The notes below the pieces were generated by a model. It did no database searches and was not told where the DNA came from. It saw nothing but the letters and a program-made list of their open reading frames with translations. Position numbers and translations under genes: made by a program. This document shows positions 8,408 to 20,900 of a DNA stretch of 64,000 nt, piece after piece (the first letter of the stretch is position 1; every line of letters starts with the position of its first letter). This DNA comes from an uncultured virus (IMG/VR IMGVR_UViG_3300043803_001397) (lineage: Duplodnaviria > Heunggongvirae > Uroviricota > Caudoviricetes). The DNA lies in the IMG/VR virus record IMGVR_UViG_3300043803_001397; one strand, written 5' to 3'.

Positions 8408-11400
8408 ATTGATAAAAATAATTATCAACTCTTATATTCCATTCTTTTCTAAAGTCTTTATCTGAAGCAGCATGTAGTAATAAATACTCTTTTCCAACAG
8501 GCACTGATTTTAAGAATTGTTTCATTGGCATAGCTTTATCGGTTAACTCAGAATCTCCAGTAATTGTTCCATAGGATTCTTTTATAACAGACTGAGCAAA
8601 TTTATAAAAATCTTCAGTGAGACCAATTACTGGAACTGGGTTTTTAAGAAGTCTAGCAAACTCAATAGGTAAAAAATAAAAAGCAAACTCATTATAGTAT
8701 TTTTTAAGTGCACGACTCATATATTTTTTAAATCCATTGTTTTTTCTATCATCATCACCAGTTGATGTAATAGCTGTTACAGCAGCACCAACCGCTAATA
8801 AAACTAAAAGCTCTGCCATTATACTTTTTAGATTGCCTATATAAATATCAATAAACTCACCTTCTGTAATATTAAACTCCTCACCTCTTTCATATGCTTT
8901 AATTTTAAGTTCTTCATAACGCATTTTAGCAAGTTCAATAGCATCATGTCCAAATCCTGTCATAATGGCTTTTAAGAGTTTTGGAAATCTATTTGAAAAA
9001 AGATCACCAAAAAATATATTAAACTTTCCATAAACCCATGTTTGAAGTTCATCATCATATTTAAGTCCAGATATTCTCTCCTCAACCATTTCAGGTATCC
9101 AATTTCTAAATTGCATAAGTGAAGATCCTAATAAAGTTGTTCTAATACCATTAATATCATCTCTTGTTTGGTTACCTATAATTCTTTTATTAACACCTTT
9201 TATTTTATCTCTAAACTCTAAAAAAGTATCACTATTATTATCAACACCATCAATTTCAAATAATCCTTTTTCATTTATTTTTCCAATAGCAAAAAGACTT
9301 TTAGTATCTTGTAACTCACCTACTTCTTTATCTATATTATTTTTCATAATATTTCTTTCAGATTCAGATAAATTATAATACTTATTATTATAATCATATT
9401 TTGATTTTACATAGTTTTGAATACTAACTATGCTACCTGTTGTAGGATCTACCATATGTTCTAGCATTAATGCTATAGCTATAGGATATTGCACTGTTTT
9501 ATCAGCTAGTCTTTGAAGTATAAATGCATTGTCAGAACTTAGAATTTTGTCTGTTGACGTAAGTGATAATTTATCTACTAAAGTTCCTGTACCAGCATCC
9601 TGTAAAATATTTAAATATTCTAAAGCAGCCATTGCTTTTTTTGAACTAGATGTATAATACATACTTTTTGCCCATGTATTTTTTGTAAAAAATATTCCTT
9701 TCTGAGCAGTAAATAAAGCATTACCAGTACCGCCTACAAATTGAGATGTTGATGATATAAAATTTAATCCTAATGTTTTTAAAGAAAAGTAACGCATTGC
9801 AGCATTAACTGTTTTTAACATTGAGTATTCCTTCTTTGTAAATGGATTAGTAATTTTTACATCCGTAATAACGCCAGATGTTCTATCATAGATATAATAA
9901 TTCATAAACTCTTCTAGTAGTTTAGAGTTACGATCATTAGTATTAGCTGCTTTAACTTTACCATTTTCAATAATCGGATTGTTAAAATTATCTGTTACTA
10001 AACTTTGTTTTTGTTTTTCTACTTCTAATAAGTTTATAGCATCATCTTCTATTGAAGACATTGCTTCGTAATTATAAACATGATTAGCCCAAATAGCAAA
10101 CACCTTAAAAAGATCTCTAGATTTTGCAGAAAAATCAGTATAGGTATTACCAGAAGCATCTTGCTTTTCTACACCCATATCTTTAGTAAAGTAAACAGGT
10201 ATTGTATTTACAATAGATCCATCAGTAGGATCAATTTGTGGTGTATATTTGTTTCCAGAATCAACTTCTAACTCACTAAAAAATTTACCTACAGATAAGA
10301 AGTTACTTACATTTCCAAAAACTAAGTTTTCTATTTTACCTGCATGTATAGAAGGTATAAATTTAGGATTATAACGATCAAGCATTCCAAGCTCTTCAGC
10401 TTTTTTTGTAAGAGATTGAAAATACTCAAACATATCTACTAGAGGTTTGTTCACATAATTTCCAGCACCATCTTTTTTATATAACTCTTTCCACTTATTA
10501 CTTAACCAGTTATCAGTTGGTTTTAGAAATATATTACGAGGATTTATAAGAGCAGTCATATTTAATTGACCATGCTTATCTATAATATTATGCTGATCTA
10601 TCCACTCATTTATTTTTTCTTCTACTATCTTATCATTTACTTCTTTATCTGAAGCGTAAATAATTGAACTAAAATATTCTTTTTGTCTTTTTAAACTATC
10701 ATTATATTTATTTTCTGGATCAAACTGAAGATTATCTTTTAACCATTTAAGATCACCTTTATTAATAGCATCTTTTTTAAGATTTTTAAAAACTGAATCA
10801 TATTTTTCTAAAAAATTACCATTCCATTTTCCATTATTGTCTATTTCTAATATCATTTCCATAGCAGAAGATGTTGATAAACCTTTTTGTTTAGCCCATT
10901 TTGCAAAAGAATTTTTTAACTCTGATAACTTATTAAAGGATTCTTTAATATTATTATCTCTTTTACCTTGCACACGTCTAAGCATTGTAGAAAATACTCT
11001 AAATGCTTTTTGTTTTATATTACTCAATGCCTGAAACAAACCAGACATAGTGCCTACGGGTGATTCTGGATCTAAATAGTTAGTTATTCCTTTTTCTTCT
11101 GCTAATTTAATTGCCTGTTCTTTCTGATATTCTTTCATTTGCATAATAAGACCACTAACTTTATTAGTCATCTGTAAAAACTGTCTATTGATCTTATTAA
11201 ACTCAGATTTTAATTTTTTATCTTCTGACTTATCTACTATTTCTGCATATTCTTCCATCAATTCGTATAACATTACACCACTATCACTAAAAACATCTAA
11301 TATTTTTATACCTTCTAGTATATCCCTTCCTGTTAAACTATTATTTTCTATTTTATCAGAATACTTTTTAAACTCTATCATCCCTAATTCAATGAGTTTA

Positions 11401-14400
11401 TCAACGCGTTTTCGTAGTTGAAGATCTCTTAAAACTGTTCTTAGATTTTTAAGCTCTTCTCTTTTTTGATTAATTTCAGATATACCTACTTTTTTATCCT
11501 TAATTTTTTCATATATACCATTTATTCTTTCTATAAGAACGTCTAACTGCTTATTTCCAGTTGGCTCATTACGTAACAAAACAGGTAATAAATATGACTT
11601 CTCATAAGGTATATCTGATGGATTTAAAGAACCAATTTCTATACTTTTTAAAGATTTAATATCACCTTTGCTATAATTAAATCTAGTTGCTATAGGAATT
11701 GCTCTTATAGTTCCAAAATTTTTAAAACCATATTGTGTAGCTAAAATTTTACGATAGTTATCAAGCTGAATTTTAAAAACACTTTCTTTATATTCTTTTA
11801 AATCTGATTGTTCTTTAGCAATCTCTGTACTTTTCCAATCATATATATCAACTTCACCATCTTTTTTAATTACTAATAAGTCAATACTACCACCAATACT
11901 TAGTTTTTGATCAAATATTTTAGCTTCAGTAATAAAACGTGTACCTGGTTCATATTGTGATAATAATGACTGAACATATTTATTTAATATTGTATACATA
12001 CCAAGAGGTAGCTTAGACTTAATTGGTGTTTGATATTTATTAAACGTACCATCTTTAGATAACCAACTATCAATTATTTTTTTAATCTCATAGTGAATAA
12101 TATCACCAAAATCTGCTTTAACTAAATCCAAAACTCTTTGTTTTTCAGACCTTTCATCACTTCTAAATATTCTCTTTAGAAACTTATCTACATACACACC
12201 TGTAACAGATCCTTTTCCAGGAACACTTTTATAAAAATAAGTATGTCTTTTTTGACCTGTTCTAGGATCTACACTATCATCTAATGTTATATTATTTTGA
12301 TCATCCAGTAAGTTATCAACAGGATCTCCATTATACTGATAAAATTCATCACTTAAAACCTTATCAACATCAAGTAATGTAATATCAGCGTCTAAAATTT
12401 TTTCAGCAGCTGTTTCAAAAGGATTGCTGTCTTCTTTAGAAAACAAACTAGTAATAAACTTCCATATTTTTTGCCACCAAGCAAGAGATTCAGCTATTCT
12501 AAAATCAGTTTCATTTCCAAAATTCTGATTAATTATATGTTCAGCTATTAACTTTCCAATAGCTTCTTTCTTTAATTTATCAAAATCAATAGTTCCATCA
12601 TCATTTCTGTATTTTTTAAGATTTTTATACTTCTCTACAACAGTAGTATATATTTTATAATTAGTAATTTTTTTATACATTTCTTTGTACAAAGGATGTC
12701 CTGCTCCAAGCATTTCTACAAAGAAGTGGGCTGCCTCTTCAGGTAAAGTATCTATCTTTGCCTTACCGTCTATTACTTGAATAATACGATTAAGCATGTC
12801 AGCCTTTGCAGTAGCCGAAAGTTTATTACCAGCAGCATCATAAATAGTATCTACACTCTGTACAGATACACCAATTTTTTCTAAGAATTTTCTAATTTTA
12901 TTGTTTAACTCTTCATTACTTGGTTTAGTAGAAGCTGTATTTTCAGTTTGTAGCATAATAAATTCTGATGCTATAGTAGGTTTTAACTTAATCTCATTCC
13001 ACGTATTACCATATTCATCTGTAATAAAATTTAAAATATCGCTTTTTAGATGATTTTGTAATTCTTCAAAAGTTAAATTTTTTTCTTTCCAATCTTTACC
13101 ATATTTACTCTTTAACACTTCTGTATTTACCCACTCACCATATTGTTTTACAAGTGTATTTCTTACATCAATACCATAGAATTTATAAATAGGTTTTAAT
13201 GCACCTAAAGCTTCTCTTTCTACTCGTTCTAATTCTTCTTTAAGTGTAGATATTTCAACTAAATTCCTTTCATATGTAATAATAGAATTATTTTTAGCCT
13301 CTTTTAATTTTTCTTTTCTAAGAATATTAAGAAATTCCTCATTTGATATCTCTTTTCCATTCTTATAAACAGTACTATTAAGTATATCAACTTTATATGT
13401 ATTACCTTCACTATCTTGCTTAAAAGCTAGTAAATCTGCAGTGTTTAATCCTTTTTTTAAAATCTCATCTGTATCAAACTTTGTAATTACATCCTCATTA
13501 TCTTTTTCAAGCTGTCTTATTCTATCTTCATTGTATTTTTTAAACTCTTCTAATGTTAAATGTTTTTCTATTTTACTAGCTGTATCGCCAGAAGGAAACA
13601 ACACTTTCTCATATCCTTTCTTAGCACTATCTTGTATAATAGATTTAACAAAGAATGTTACCCAATTATTGTCTTTGTTTAGAAGTTGAAGAAATTGATT
13701 AGAATTAAGTAAATCCTTCATTTCTTGTGAAGTATTACCCATCATGTGGTCTAAAGCTACTTTTTCATTTATAGGAACTAATAATTGTTTATCCCTACCT
13801 TTCTGAAACAAATCAGATTGTACTTCTAGTATTCTACGAGTTTTAGTAGGAATTTCTGCTTGTTTTTCTAATTCCTCTAAACCTTTTATATCCATTTCAT
13901 CTGAATAATAAGCATCTTTTAATTTATCAGAATACTCTTTCTTTTTTTCAGAAATTTTATCATCACTTCTAAACCATCCAATACCATTGTCTGTAGCAAA
14001 CTGAGCATGACCCTTAATAGAAGATGTAATAGCAGGTGTAGCTATTTCATTCTCTGTATAGTTAGTTCCTCCTGGAACTGTTAAATTAGAGTAATATTGA
14101 GTATTTGGAATACCTTGTTCATTTAACTCTTTTGCGTATTTTTCAGCAGCTTCCTTTGTTTTAATTTCTCTTCTGTAAATATTATCATCTTTATCTACAA
14201 CATTCCACCATCCAAAAAAACTTTGTTCTGCAAAAAACTGATTTGATTCTTTAGCTAAAGGATGGTCTGGTTCTCTTTTATCTTTAGCAGTATTAATCTC
14301 AACAGTATAACTATAAGTAGCAGCAAATGAAGCTAACTTCTCCTCTATAGTATTCCCTGGCTGATCCATAATAAGTATAAGCTGTGTTCTAGGTACACCA

Positions 14401-14939
14401 AGTTTTATAATTTTTTCAAATAATATTTCAGAACTAATTGAGTTATTTTGTTCCCATGACTTTATTTTAGAAATGTTATTAGAAATAATATTAAAACCTT
14501 TAACTAAATACTGAACTTTGTTATTATCATATACAACGGAATCTATTTCTTTTGTTTGTCCAAACGTAATATTATCATTAATAAGTGAACGAAATAAATC
14601 TAAGGAAAAGTCTTCTGTTTGTTTAGTTATTTCTAAAATTTCTTTTAATAAAGGTTCACCATTATTATCTAGCTTCTGATCAAACTGTAAAGCCAGATTC
14701 TCAAGTGTAATATCATCCATACCAGGATCAGTAATATTAATTCTAGCTATTTTCTCCCAATCACCAAACTTTTCTTTAAAAGAATCTGTATAAGCATATG
14801 CCCACATTTTAATAGCTTCTTCTTTATCAGAAACAAAATCTGTAATTGACTTAAATAAATTAGAATCTTTTCCGTTAGGAGCTAAAACTCTAACAATATC
14901 ATTTGTTTGTGGATTACGTATAATACTACAAGTTGCCAT
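8406..14939 (-). CDS. giant virion-associated polyvalent protein with zincin-like and PD-(D/E)XK-like domains
   Basis: FGDW...DNNGEP N-terminus, LEVQSDLFQ, LPEEAAH...KEAIGKLI, GSIDLL...DWKS...QLDNY; adjacent to the virion RNAP gene. Confidence 0.75.
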   Translation of the reverse strand: MATCSIIRNPQTNDIVRVLAPNGKDSNLFKSITDFVSDKEEAIKMWAYAYTDSFKEKFGDWEKIARINITDPGMDDITLENLALQFDQKLDNNGEPLLKEILEITKQTEDFSLDLFRSLINDNITFGQTKEIDSVVYDNNKVQYLVKGFNIISNNISKIKSWEQNNSISSEILFEKIIKLGVPRTQLILIMDQPGNTIEEKLASFAATYSYTVEINTAKDKREPDHPLAKESNQFFAEQSFFGWWNVVDKDDNIYRREIKTKEAAEKYAKELNEQGIPNTQYYSNLTVPGGTNYTENEIATPAITSSIKGHAQFATDNGIGWFRSDDKISEKKKEYSDKLKDAYYSDEMDIKGLEELEKQAEIPTKTRRILEVQSDLFQKGRDKQLLVPINEKVALDHMMGNTSQEMKDLLNSNQFLQLLNKDNNWVTFFVKSIIQDSAKKGYEKVLFPSGDTASKIEKHLTLEEFKKYNEDRIRQLEKDNEDVITKFDTDEILKKGLNTADLLAFKQDSEGNTYKVDILNSTVYKNGKEISNEEFLNILRKEKLKEAKNNSIITYERNLVEISTLKEELERVEREALGALKPIYKFYGIDVRNTLVKQYGEWVNTEVLKSKYGKDWKEKNLTFEELQNHLKSDILNFITDEYGNTWNEIKLKPTIASEFIMLQTENTASTKPSNEELNNKIRKFLEKIGVSVQSVDTIYDAAGNKLSATAKADMLNRIIQVIDGKAKIDTLPEEAAHFFVEMLGAGHPLYKEMYKKITNYKIYTTVVEKYKNLKKYRNDDGTIDFDKLKKEAIGKLIAEHIINQNFGNETDFRIAESLAWWQKIWKFITSLFSKEDSNPFETAAEKILDADITLLDVDKVLSDEFYQYNGDPVDNLLDDQNNITLDDSVDPRTGQKRHTYFYKSVPGKGSVTGVYVDKFLKRIFRSDERSEKQRVLDLVKADFGDIIHYEIKKIIDSWLSKDGTFNKYQTPIKSKLPLGMYTILNKYVQSLLSQYEPGTRFITEAKIFDQKLSIGGSIDLLVIKKDGEVDIYDWKSTEIAKEQSDLKEYKESVFKIQLDNYRKILATQYGFKNFGTIRAIPIATRFNYSKGDIKSLKSIEIGSLNPSDIPYEKSYLLPVLLRNEPTGNKQLDVLIERINGIYEKIKDKKVGISEINQKREELKNLRTVLRDLQLRKRVDKLIELGMIEFKKYSDKIENNSLTGRDILEGIKILDVFSDSGVMLYELMEEYAEIVDKSEDKKLKSEFNKINRQFLQMTNKVSGLIMQMKEYQKEQAIKLAEEKGITNYLDPESPVGTMSGLFQALSNIKQKAFRVFSTMLRRVQGKRDNNIKESFNKLSELKNSFAKWAKQKGLSTSSAMEMILEIDNNGKWNGNFLEKYDSVFKNLKKDAINKGDLKWLKDNLQFDPENKYNDSLKRQKEYFSSIIYASDKEVNDKIVEEKINEWIDQHNIIDKHGQLNMTALINPRNIFLKPTDNWLSNKWKELYKKDGAGNYVNKPLVDMFEYFQSLTKKAEELGMLDRYNPKFIPSIHAGKIENLVFGNVSNFLSVGKFFSELEVDSGNKYTPQIDPTDGSIVNTIPVYFTKDMGVEKQDASGNTYTDFSAKSRDLFKVFAIWANHVYNYEAMSSIEDDAINLLEVEKQKQSLVTDNFNNPIIENGKVKAANTNDRNSKLLEEFMNYYIYDRTSGVITDVKITNPFTKKEYSMLKTVNAAMRYFSLKTLGLNFISSTSQFVGGTGNALFTAQKGIFFTKNTWAKSMYYTSSSKKAMAALEYLNILQDAGTGTLVDKLSLTSTDKILSSDNAFILQRLADKTVQYPIAIALMLEHMVDPTTGSIVSIQNYVKSKYDYNNKYYNLSESERNIMKNNIDKEVGELQDTKSLFAIGKINEKGLFEIDGVDNNSDTFLEFRDKIKGVNKRIIGNQTRDDINGIRTTLLGSSLMQFRNWIPEMVEERISGLKYDDELQTWVYGKFNIFFGDLFSNRFPKLLKAIMTGFGHDAIELAKMRYEELKIKAYERGEEFNITEGEFIDIYIGNLKSIMAELLVLLAVGAAVTAITSTGDDDRKNNGFKKYMSRALKKYYNEFAFYFLPIEFARLLKNPVPVIGLTEDFYKFAQSVIKESYGTITGDSELTDKAMPMKQFLKSVPVGKEYLLLHAASDKDFRKEWNIRVDNYFYQ

Positions 14940-14948
14940 ACTTAATTA

Positions 14949-17900
14949 TTAATTATTACAATTTTTAGATTCATTCTTTTTACGCTCTAATACATTTGAA
15001 ATATCTTCTCCTGTTTCTTTAGACTCTTCAATTAACTTTCTAAGACTATTCATTGGTTTACTATCTTTAAACTCTAAAGACTTTTTTAAAGATGGAATAA
15101 TTCTTATGCGTTCACTTCCTTTAGAACCAGTATGAAAAATTATAAAGGTGGCATCTAATTCAAGCAAATAATCTATAAAATAACTGTCTACGCTAGGCAT
15201 ATCTCCAACAACAAATTCATAACCATCTTTATGAGCTTTAGAAATAGCTTCTTTAGTTTCAGATTTTAAAGGTTTGCCTGAGAGTTCACTATTTCTAGCA
15301 AGCATTATTCTTTTAGTAGTACCTCCAACAAATGCATTTGTACCTACTTTAGGAGTAGTAAATGGTTCAATAGTTTTAAAAGAAGTTAAAGATGAAGTTG
15401 GTTTAAGTGAAGATAACTCAACAATTACACCACCTGTTGCTACATATTCTCTCATTGCTATATCTTTTCCATCACCCTGTGGTGTACCTTTTCCTTTATC
15501 TACATATCCATACTTATATCCTCTAAAGCCTGTTTTATTAAGTTCAGAATCTTCTTCTTCATCTTCTTCTTGTTTACCAAATATTTCAGGAAATAAATCT
15601 GTTATAGATGTAAAGCCTGAACGTTTTTTTAAGTCTTTAGGATTGAAAACTGAAGAAAAATTATTTGATTCAATTATAGATTCAGAATCAGGATCTATAT
15701 AAATTTCAGTTAATTTATTACCTGCTCCCATTTTATTAATGGGTAAATAAACTATTTTACCACCTTCTGTATCATCAGTTCTTTGAAATAAAACACTAAC
15801 ATAAGCTTCATATCCCCTACCTGCTTTTTTTAATCTTTTAACATCTTCTCTAGTTAAAGTTGGATTTATAACACTCTTACTATAAAAGTCTTGATTTGAT
15901 GCAGAACTAAGTGGACTTATAAGAAGTTTAGCATCTTTTATTCGTATCCATGAAGGAGCTTTTGGAACAATAGCCCTATTATAACTATTATTCTGATGAA
16001 AAGATTTCCAAACTTGATCCATATCTAAATCTTTAGAAGTATTAAATTTGTTAAATATTTCTTTCAACATTTCACTATAAACTTCTGTACTTAGTACTTT
16101 TTTATAGTCCATATAACTAGTGTTCATTCCACTCTGCAATATACTAAATTTTGCAAGATCTATAATAAATTCTTTTAATACTAAGTCTCCTGTTTCATCA
16201 GCATAACTATTTAAGTTATTTAATGCTTCAATAACCTTATTAACCTCAAAAGTGTCTAACCGTTGACGAAATAATTTAACATTACCAATATCTTTTTCAT
16301 TAGAAGGTATAATAGGTAACAACTCTTGTATAATAAGATTATCAGTTATTCTAGGATCACTTGTAGAAGATTCTTTCTTTAGTTGATATAATCTACTAGC
16401 CATAGAATTTTCACCAAAAAACATAAGATTATAGAGTTCATTTAAAGACTCATCAATTCCTTCTGGATTTTTAATCTTAGTTGTATGTAATATATAAGAA
16501 AGTACGTGATTTTGAAATCTATTAACTAAAGAAATTGCATCTTGTTTAGTAATGAATAAATCTGGATCATTTAATTTTGAATATAGAGGTTGAAATACTT
16601 CTTGTACAGTAGGATCAAGTGTAATAAAGAAATTTCTAAATAAATTAAATATATCTTCTTTTTGTTTTTTAAGCTCACCTAAGAAAGTATTATTTAATAT
16701 ATCATCTGGATTTGCAATAAAGTCTTCAGCTCTTGATTTTTCCCACCGAGATACCTGCAAAACATTCTCTTGAATAGTTTTAGTTTTATTAGTATCATAG
16801 CCAATAGCTTGCATAAAATTACTCATATATCTACCTTGTGTTTCATAACGTAAATACGCCATTAAAACAGCTATTTGAAGTCTAGGACTTGCATTTTTTC
16901 CATCAGCTACTGATTGTTTTAAGTCTTCTAAATCAAACTTATCATAAGAATTATATAAACTATTTATCTGTTTTAAAACTCCATTTTTAACTTTAAGTTG
17001 CATTAAAGGATTATTTTCAAAAGCATTTAAACTTGATAAAAGATCTTCACCTGTAAGCTTATCATAAAAAGGAGCAATAACTCTAAAAAATATATCCTCT
17101 CTTGTAAAAGTATCATCATTAATTTTCTTAAAATTCGAATCTCTTTTAGCTTGTTCTGAAAAATAACTATCCATAATAGGCTGAGAAAAAAAGAATCCTA
17201 TTTCTTCAACCGGAACACCCATATGCATTAGATAAAACCATGTTCCTGCACTTTTTAATGACAAATTTAAATCAAATACAAATGGATCTTTAGCACCATC
17301 AACAAATCCTGATGTAGACTCGGAATTAATATCAGATATTTTCTGTCCCGAAACATCAGTTTTATAACCTATTGCATAAGTACCATCATCTAGTCTACTA
17401 TGATGATTTAGTTTAATATCAATCTCTTCTTTTTTAATTAATGGATCATAACTTTCCTTTTTTGATTTTTTCTTTTTAAATTGTTTTTCAAAAAGATATT
17501 TAATACTATCAATATTATAAGTACCATTTATTTTTAAACCTGCAATCTGTGCCATAACATGAAAGGTAGTATGTAAAGCAGATATACCTACTAATCTCTT
17601 AGATGTTAAATATCTTTCACGAGTAGATACAGAACCAGTAAAAGATCTAAGGTATGTAGCAGACTTTTCATTATCTTCGTTTTTACTACCTGCTGCTATT
17701 TTTAAAGATCTAATTTTAGTAGCTAATGTTTTTAATGTGATTGTTGTATTAGGACTTACTAATTGTGAATAGTTTTCAGGACGAAGTATCAACTTATTCA
17801 TGACTTCAATCATCTTATTCTGAAGACCTTCTTTACTATTATCATCTGCTTCTATATATTTTAATACCTTTTTACCCTTAAATTGTTTATTATAATTTTG

Positions 17901-20900
17901 TATAGATTCTTTTACTACAGTGAGTGTTCTTACACTTGCTACCATATTTGGAGCAAGAGACTCCAAACTAAAAGGAGCATTCTTATATAATCTACCATTT
18001 TCAGTAAATGTAGCACGATTAATTTTTTTAAATTCATCTGTTGTATATTGTGCAACTGCTTTAATAGCTACTTCTTCAGATACTCCTCTTTTGATAAGAT
18101 CACTTATCATAAAATTTCTGAATTCTTCTGAGCTATAATCTGGTCCAATTATTTCATGTTTAGGTAAATATAAATTAAGTTTATCTATATCAAAGTCAGA
18201 TCCAGATTTACCAACTATTTCAGAAGGAACAACAATTACATCTCCTGCTGAAGGAGGTAGGAAACCTTTAATAACAATACTTTCAATTGAATTTGGTGCT
18301 TGAGTAGGTATACGAAATGCAACAAGATTTAGAAGTCTTTCATCTAAGTTGCTTAATCCATTTTCTGGAATACGATAGATACCATTTACTAATTTTAAAC
18401 CTAACTCTTCTGGAGATAGATCTAAATATGGCCAACCAACATAAACATCCATACTTTTAATCTTCCCATTTTCAGATCTATAAAACTTAAGATCTGAAGA
18501 AGCTATGCGAGCAGTTGATTGTTGTTCTTCAGTAAGTTTAGACAAGTCATTTGTTTCTTCATAAATACCATTATTTAAATAAACAAACCTTCTATTTTTA
18601 GATTCAAATAAAGTACTAGCTGCTTGTGGATTGCTTTTACCATTAACTTTTGAACTAATGACACGGCTATCTACAATAGAATTAAGAATATTATCAATCT
18701 TATCTCTATTAATTAGCATATCAAATTGATATTCTAAGTCTTTAGAATCAATATTATAGTTTATAGCTTGTATAATATTATCAGGCAAGTCTCTATTTTC
18801 AGCTTCAGCTCTTAAAAGATTAACTAAGTTTCTTAAATCTTTAACATTATATTGACCTGATGAAGAATCTAGTTCAAGTCCCAATTCTTCTAATAGTTCT
18901 TTTTTACCTAGTTTAAATATTTTAACTAAAGTATCATTATATTCTTCAATTAATTTTTCAACTTCATTATTAATAGGTACACCATTTTCATAAAAATTAG
19001 TCATAATAATTTTAGTAACTTGAGTACCTCTTACTACATGCTTCTTTGGTTTACTTGATTGCTCAACTTGTATACCATAAAATCTAGAAAATAAATTTTG
19101 TATAGGAAGTTCTGATGGTAGAATATATTTTCCTTTACTTAATTCTAAATTAACTTGGCCTTTATTATTATATAAAGAAACAAATGAACCGTTAGCCGTT
19201 GTTACATTTCCTACTTTTTGACCAGATTCAAATCCTATTATATCTACTTGTCTGTCCTGAGAAGCTAAATATAATTTTTCAAACTGCGTTCCTTCAACTT
19301 GTCTAAAAAACTTAGGCTGAACAGCATGTTTTAAAAACTTAGGAACCATTAATTGATAACTTGTAAACGTATTATTAGCCATATACCCGTTACCATATCC
19401 AAAATATTGAGGTTTCAACATTCCAGGAAATGAAAAACCAGGATTTCCTTTATCATATATTTGCTTAGCGTCCTTTACTTCTTCTTCTTCATAATTCTTA
19501 TAAGATGGATCTTTTTTTGTAATATAGTTACCATCAAAACCAGGTATGTTCCCAGAACGAACTAATTTTTCATATGCTATTTCATAATTAAATTGTGCTT
19601 CCATTTGAGGTGTAAACTTACTACTCATCATTAACAAATCTCTAAATGCATCAGGCATAATCATAGCCATAGCATCTGCTTCATTAAGACTTAAAAATAC
19701 TTTAATTGCACCCGTATATTCACCCCTATACTTTCTATAATCTATAAGTTTACCATTTGAATCAAATGTAGCTCCAATTGATAAAGAAGCTTTATCTGAA
19801 TCTACATTATCTTTTATCATTTCAGCATACATCTTTTCAGCCATTTCTTTATGAAAAAGACTTACTACATCCATGTCTTTAAAAGACATAATTTTTAATG
19901 TTTGATGAATATCTTTAGAACGTTCTTTTTTATCAATACGAGGCATTTGCTCATCCATCCATTTAATAAATCCACTATCTTCTACAATTGCTTCTTTTGT
20001 AGATGTAGCACCATTAGCTCTTTTAGCTAAATCTTTATACATACTAGGATGACCATATAAAAGTTTATGTTGCTCAGTAGTTAGTAACTCTTCATTAATA
20101 GCTATTAATGTTGATAGCATTCTTACCTGATCAGGTGTATAACTACTATCTCTAATATTCAGTTTTTTACCATCTTCTGTATATTCTAATTCTTGACCTT
20201 CACTAAGACCTAAAGTTTCATCCAATAAGTTATTATCAACAGCATTTGTTATAAAGTTATTTGATGAAAAAGAATCAGGCTTAACAAAAATATCTTCTTG
20301 TAAAAGCATATCATATGTTTGATTAGACATTTTTATAATATGCTCTACTATTTGTTTTTTTAGTATTTCTTGATTTTCATTTAAAAACTCATCATAATTC
20401 TTTTTACCTTCTAATACTTCACTTTTAAATTTATTTTTAATATCATCTGAAATTATATCCTGGAAGTGTCCAAGATTAAATACACCATCTTGATAATATT
20501 GAATATTAAAAGCGTTTTCTTTTTGTTGTTGTGCAGCTTGTAATTCATCAGATAAGTGATTAAGATAATAAGTAATAATTTTATTATCCTTATCTTGTAA
20601 TAAATTATTTACATCACTAATTTTGACTAAAAGTTTTCCTGGTATTCCAATTCCATATTCAGTACTTTTGTCTGAGTTAATAACAGATAATGGAATATTA
20701 TTTAAAAGATAGTGTATCTTAATAGCAATCCTTTCAGGAAATAACAACTTTGCTGTATTACGACCATCTACATCTGAAATACCTGTACCTGTTATAACAT
20801 GATATGTTAGATCTAAACCTGGTCTTTTGCTTCCATTTTTATCAAAAATAATTCCACCTTTTTTAATTAATTCTGAATTAGTTTGATAAGGATGTAATAC

